Source: Minisyncoccota bacterium
Lineage (GTDB): Bacteria; Patescibacteriota; Minisyncoccia; UBA9983
Assembly: GCA_041648395.1 (NCBI GenBank)
Contig: JBAZPC010000002.1
Location: 29,181 to 93,180 of the forward strand
DNA: 64,000 bases
Direction of reading: 5' to 3'
Under the pieces are notes generated by a model. That model was not told where the DNA came from, did no database searches, and saw only the letters and a list, made by a program, of their open reading frames with translations. How positions within the stretch are numbered: position 1 is the stretch's first letter; the number at the start of each line of letters is the position of its first letter. A program made the position numbers and the translations under genes. Shown here piece after piece: positions 59,899-64,000 of this stretch.

Positions 59899-60786
59899 TT
59901 AATTTGAAAGTCCGGGAAAAATTATTTGTGCCCTCAAAATTCTCGCCAAAGATTCTACTTTTCCTATTTTTGCAAATGTAGGTATTCCAACATAACAATT
60001 GCCCTTCGGGAAAATAGCTGCACCCCCAGAATTTCCATATTCAATCTTCGCAGAAGTAACATAATAATCTCCTTCGTAACCAGAAATAATACCTTCAGTG
60101 GCAGTAATACCCGTTTCTGTACCTATTCCTGGGTATCCCAATATAACAACACTCTCACCTAAAGAAAGCTGAGTATTACAAACCTGATAGTCGCCTCCTA
60201 TGTTATCAAGATATTTGTCGGGGCTGTTAATTTTGAGAGTTGCCCAGTCATATCCCTGAGACGAAAAAGCAATATTTTCAATAGCTACACTAATAATTTT
60301 GTTATAATTTGGAATTACAATCCTACAAAAATCCGGCCTATAAATAAAATCTTCAAAAACAACATGTCTGTTCGTAATAATACTAACTATAGCATTGTCG
60401 CCATAACCAAAAGTTGATAATATTCCTGAACCACTTTGTATATTGCTACCAAAATTACATTCAACATAAGCTATTTTATTTTTCCACTGTCGGATTATGT
60501 CCGGCAAATCATTTTTTGGTGTCTGCGCTTCTTTAATTATCGTTTTTTGAATAATTTGTGGTTTCTGATTTTTTAGCACCTCTACTTCTTGCCTTAACTT
60601 TTCAACTTCTAAGTCTTTCAGTCGTTGTGTTTCTTGTGCTATTTTTTCTTTCTCAATTTTTTCTGCTTGATATTTTTGGTATTGTTTAATACTAAAATAT
60701 CCTCCACCGCCCAAAACTAAAACGCCCGCAATGATTGCGATTAATATTGGTATTTGAATAAAACCTTTTTGATTTTTAATTCTCAT
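59899..60786 (-). CDS. Trypsin-like serine protease with pilin-like N-terminal anchor
   Basis: GSG, TNRHV (His), DWA (Asp), GNSGG (Ser); N-terminus QKGFIQIPILIAII. Confidence 0.85.
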   Translation of the reverse strand: MRIKNQKGFIQIPILIAIIAGVLVLGGGGYFSIKQYQKYQAEKIEKEKIAQETQRLKDLEVEKLRQEVEVLKNQKPQIIQKTIIKEAQTPKNDLPDIIRQWKNKIAYVECNFGSNIQSGSGILSTFGYGDNAIVSIITNRHVVFEDFIYRPDFCRIVIPNYNKIISVAIENIAFSSQGYDWATLKINSPDKYLDNIGGDYQVCNTQLSLGESVVILGYPGIGTETGITATEGIISGYEGDYYVTSAKIEYGNSGGAAIFPKGNCYVGIPTFAKIGKVESLARILRAQIIFPGLSN

Positions 60787-60790
60787 ATTG

Positions 60791-60863
60791 TCCGCCCGGC
60801 AGGATTCGAACCTGCGACCCTCTCCTTAAAAGGGAGCTGCTCTACCAACTGAGCTACGGGCGG
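60791..60863 (-). tRNA. tRNA-Lys (TTT)
   Basis: ccgcccg acceptor stem; D arm gctcagttggtagagc; loop cttttaa; gcaggttcgaatcctgc. Confidence 0.95.
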
Positions 60864-60868
60864 ATAAG

Positions 60869-61129
60869 TTACACTTCTGGAAGTATTTTTAATTTTAATC
60901 TATTTTTTAAAAATCTTCTACCAAATCCTGTCTTGAAATATTTCTCTCTTTTTAATGCTGATTGTTTATCTAAACACGCTTCATAATAAACTAATTCTAA
61001 TGGCCATCTATTTTTTGTGGCATCAACTAATCCATTACTATGTTCAATAAATCTTTGTTTCAGGTTTTCACTAAAACCAATGTAAAATTTTTTATCTTTT
61101 TGACTTTGAAGAATATACGTGTAAAACAT
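60869..61129 (-). CDS. Small GIY-YIG nuclease family protein
   Basis: MFYTYILQS...FYIGFSENLKQR..EH..G, LVYYE, ALKREKYFK. Confidence 0.92.
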   Translation of the reverse strand: MFYTYILQSQKDKKFYIGFSENLKQRFIEHSNGLVDATKNRWPLELVYYEACLDKQSALKREKYFKTGFGRRFLKNRLKLKILPEV

Positions 61130-61149
61130 TAATTTTTTAAAAATAAATG

Positions 61150-61223
61150 ACCAACTGACCGCGCCCGCAACGCCAGCAAGACAAGCTTGCTTGGCTTGCG
61201 TGGCGGGCGGGGCTACGGGCGGA
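61150..61223 (-). pseudogene. 5' fragment of tRNA-Lys interrupted in the D stem by a 53-bp palindromic element (61159-61211)
   Basis: accaactga|insert|gctacgggcgga equals 60844-60864. Confidence 0.88.
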
Positions 61224-61229
61224 ATTTTT

Positions 61230-61724
61230 TTAAGTGTGCCGATCCGCCAAAACAAACGCGCTGTATGAGTCCGGTTTTATGATTGCCTCAAAGCCGAACC
61301 CTTTCACCATTCCCACCATGCCGTCAATGAAATCCTTGGTCGGGCCGTTTTTTCCCACATCAAGATGAACTTTTATTTTATTATTCCAAAAGAACTCCTC
61401 TCCTAATTTATCTTTTAATCTGCTTTTCAATTCCTGTACAAAAGTGATGGAATGCATTGTCTCTTTGTAAATCCTGTCGCGCAGGGTGGGGCAAAAAACT
61501 TTTTCCGTTTTTGACCAGAAATATCTTCCGCCGTTGCCGACTCTCAAAATGGCGATAGCTGTGACAAATTGAGTTTCGTTGGAACCTTGGGAATCGGAGC
61601 CGACGGTGATTTTGTATTTTGCCTCCGGCTTTTGATTGATATAATTTGCGATTTCCTCAATCAGTTCATCGAATTTGATGTGGCGTTTTAATGTTTCGTT
61701 GTAAAACTTTATATTATCAGACAT
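61230..61724 (-). CDS. RNase H-like YkuK (DUF458) protein
   Basis: VGSDSQ, GNGGRYF, LRDRIYKE, VHLDVG..GPT, IKPDSYSA..LADRH. Confidence 0.88.
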   Translation of the reverse strand: MSDNIKFYNETLKRHIKFDELIEEIANYINQKPEAKYKITVGSDSQGSNETQFVTAIAILRVGNGGRYFWSKTEKVFCPTLRDRIYKETMHSITFVQELKSRLKDKLGEEFFWNNKIKVHLDVGKNGPTKDFIDGMVGMVKGFGFEAIIKPDSYSAFVLADRHT

Positions 61725-61729
61725 AAGAT

Positions 61730-62053
61730 TTATAGCGGCAGGTCAAAAGAATATATGCCGGGACCAAGCAATGCCAAACTGATACTTACGGCAACCATCA
61801 ATAACCTCAATATTTTTTCTTCCGTTTTGTTTGAAATAGTTATCAGAGAAACAATGGCGGCTACCTGCGTAAACATTCCGATTGCCAAAAAAATAGCCGA
61901 TAGAATTTCAATAACCCCGATAATTTTTTCTCTCTTTTCCGCTGATTTGAATAATTTATATCCAACTTGCAAAAGAATAACAGCTAAAATCACCCTCAAT
62001 ATCAAAGGAGCCACTTGGGAAAAATTTAAAAGTTCTGGAAATACGCTAAGCAT
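61730..62053 (-). CDS. DoxX-like membrane protein
   Basis: PLILRV, IGMFTQVAA, GPGIYSFD. Confidence 0.75.
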   Translation of the reverse strand: MLSVFPELLNFSQVAPLILRVILAVILLQVGYKLFKSAEKREKIIGVIEILSAIFLAIGMFTQVAAIVSLITISNKTEEKILRLLMVAVSISLALLGPGIYSFDLPL

Positions 62054-62069
62054 ATTCCCATTATAGGCA

Positions 62070-62921
62070 TTAATACGACCGGGAGTCAATAATGTTGTTG
62101 TTTTGGTCGTAGAGGATTATTTTGTCATGCTCGTTGTTCCAAAGATTGTATTTTTTATTGAGATAAATTCTCCATTCTGGCTTAAAAAAATCAGAATCAC
62201 GTTTGTGCCGGTTGGCGCAATTATTGTAATTCAATCTATCATTAACATATTGTCTGCAGGCGTCGGTAAAAGAAGATGGTAAGGTGATATATTCCGTGCA
62301 GTTTTTAAAATTATTATTTATGTAATCAATGCAGGCGTTGTCCAGCGTTGCCGGCAGAACCTCGTCTTTTATTGGGTCGGGACAGCTGCCGTAAATCGGC
62401 GGAATAAATGTTTGTAGCTGGTTGAAATATCCGGCGCATTTGTTTAGTTTAAAACTTATTCCTATAGGGCTTTCTCCGCTTGATATTATCGCTTTTTCTC
62501 CGGGAGCGAGAAGAATGTCGTCCAACGTGTTGTCTTGTCCGAGAAAGGGAACGAGGGCGCCTTTCCCTATTTTTATTCTTTCTCCGCCTTTTCCTTCAAG
62601 AGACCAACCGCTTATGTCCACCGAGTTTTTATTGGAAAAAGATGTTTGGATTGATATGAATTCTTTTTTTGGGTCATTTTCTTTTGTTTCAATGCCGGCT
62701 GACAAGTACACGGAGTCCTTTCCTGCGTATCCGCTGGAAGACCCGCCGCTTTGGTTTATCGGCGCTTTGATTTCCTCGGATATTTTATCCACCGGCGATC
62801 CAAAAAACAGTCCTTTTTCTCTCGGTTCTCTTGACGGGCCGCCGAAGGTTAGCCAAATAATAAAAACCGCCACAAAAAACAGAACAGCCCACATCAAGTC
62901 CTTTTTTACATGGTCTTCCAT
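62070..62921 (-). CDS. Membrane-anchored hypothetical protein (lamin-tail-like domain)
   Basis: EFI.I...VDISGWSL and WNNEHD.IILYD motifs; Cys-rich insert. Confidence 0.7.
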   Translation of the reverse strand: MEDHVKKDLMWAVLFFVAVFIIWLTFGGPSREPREKGLFFGSPVDKISEEIKAPINQSGGSSSGYAGKDSVYLSAGIETKENDPKKEFISIQTSFSNKNSVDISGWSLEGKGGERIKIGKGALVPFLGQDNTLDDILLAPGEKAIISSGESPIGISFKLNKCAGYFNQLQTFIPPIYGSCPDPIKDEVLPATLDNACIDYINNNFKNCTEYITLPSSFTDACRQYVNDRLNYNNCANRHKRDSDFFKPEWRIYLNKKYNLWNNEHDKIILYDQNNNIIDSRSY

Positions 62922-62933
62922 AAAAAGATTATA

Positions 62934-63851
62934 TCACAGCCGCTGGTGAACAGGGCAGAAGTGCGCCGAGCGTCCGCCGATTCTTATTTTTTTAATAATG
63001 CCGCCGTCGCGCCTTTTGCATTTTTCTCCCGTTTGCTGGTAGGCGTAATGCATTTCTTGATAATGACCTTTTCTGCCGTGGGCGTCGCGATAATCAATAT
63101 AAGAACTGCCGCGCGCTTTAATGGCTTTTTTGAGAATCGGTTTGACGGCGCTGTAAATTTTTTTCAGTTCCACTTCTTTCAGCTTATTCGCCGGCTTCAA
63201 GGGGTGCGCGCCGGCCATCCATAAAATTTCATCGGCGTAGATGTTGCCAATGCCGGCGATGAGCGTTTGGTCCATCAAAACGATTTTAATTTTACCCGAT
63301 TTTTTCCCTATCAACTCTTTAAATTTTACAAAAGTTAATTTCTTATCTAATGCGTCAAGCCCCAGCCCAGCTAGTTCTTCTGGAATTTTTTCTGTTTCTA
63401 AAATAACCACTTTGGCGAATTTGCGCATGTCGCAGAGCGCCAGTTGCTTATTATTAGAAAGAAAAAATAAAAGATGTATGAAGCGATTTTCTGGGTCGCG
63501 AAGAGGACCGGGTTCAATAGAAATCCATTTTTGAGTTTTGAGACCCGTCTTGCCGTCGGGCAGGTTTGATTTTCCCCATTTCCCATATAGTAGGTGCCCT
63601 GTCATTTTTTGATGCACTAAAATTGTTTTACCGCCACCGCGCCCGCCACGCTTCGCTGGCGATGCGGGCGGGGACAAATAAATCAAAATATTTTTCCCGC
63701 GCCGTTCTAATTTCAAAATCTTCTTACTGGCCGTTTCTTTTTTAATTTTTTTCGCGCTGAAAAAATCACTCCAAACATCCCGGATTTTCAATTCGGGCAA
63801 AACTTTTTTCAGGTCATTTACGATTGTCTCAACCTCTGGCAGTTCCGGCAT
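62934..63851 (-). CDS. mutM: Formamidopyrimidine-DNA glycosylase
   Basis: MPELPEVE, RRGK, MTG, LMDQ..IAGIGNIYADE, FCPVHQ. Confidence 0.96.
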   Translation of the reverse strand: MPELPEVETIVNDLKKVLPELKIRDVWSDFFSAKKIKKETASKKILKLERRGKNILIYLSPPASPAKRGGRGGGKTILVHQKMTGHLLYGKWGKSNLPDGKTGLKTQKWISIEPGPLRDPENRFIHLLFFLSNNKQLALCDMRKFAKVVILETEKIPEELAGLGLDALDKKLTFVKFKELIGKKSGKIKIVLMDQTLIAGIGNIYADEILWMAGAHPLKPANKLKEVELKKIYSAVKPILKKAIKARGSSYIDYRDAHGRKGHYQEMHYAYQQTGEKCKRRDGGIIKKIRIGGRSAHFCPVHQRL

Positions 63852-63852
63852 T

Positions 63853-64000
63853 TTATTTTAATATCTTTCGCAGTTCTTCGCGGACGACTTCGCGGTCGTC
63901 CCATTTTATTTTTGTGCCCTTCGGGCCCATGAGCCACGGTTCGGCGCCCTTGCCGGTGATTATCACGGCGTCGCCGGTTTTGGCGTAGGAGAGCGCTTTG
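63853..64000 (-). CDS. murE: MurE-type Mur ligase, C-terminal end (partial)
   Basis: Manual translation: AKTGDAVIITGKGAEPW...WDDREVVREEL. Confidence 0.8.
   Translation of the reverse strand, partial: KALSYAKTGDAVIITGKGAEPWLMGPKGTKIKWDDREVVREELRKILK

Noticed and set aside
1-64000. CRISPR array or cas genes
   Set aside because: No regularly spaced identical repeats with unique spacers and no cas-like ORFs seen.

Overview
Chromosomal segment of a small-genome bacterium, most likely CPR/Patescibacteria (Parcubacteria-like; standard genetic code, TGA used as stop). This is inferred from the streamlined proteins (trigger factor without its FKBP domain, short PolA and YebC), scarce Shine-Dalgarno sites and gene content. 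The window spans the replication origin region (jag-yidC-rnpA / dnaA-oriC-dnaN, with no rpmH in its usual position). It carries many housekeeping genes (rsmA, uvrD/pcrA, comM, pnp, rpsO, xer, cca, hup, rny, gpmI, clpP, tig, PBP1A, tyrS, ruvC, ruvB, pilB, tsaE, polA, holA, mutM, murE), five tRNAs and small accessory inserts (three TA pairs, a type IIG R-M fusion, HEPN-like proteins, a GIY-YIG nuclease, orphans). Three unusual patterns stand out. (1) Four tRNA fragments lie next to intact tRNA genes, and each is split by a GC-rich palindromic element. At tRNA-Lys, two 49-bp-identical elements in inverted orientation bracket the tRNA, a GIY-YIG gene and cargo. (2) The same palindrome families and 7-nt repeats sit in frame inside at least a dozen core genes. 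(3) An array of accessory cassettes follows the LysM/M23 gene, and two of them end in a diverged copy of that gene's last 11 codons. All calls come from reading the sequence by eye; no database searches were run.
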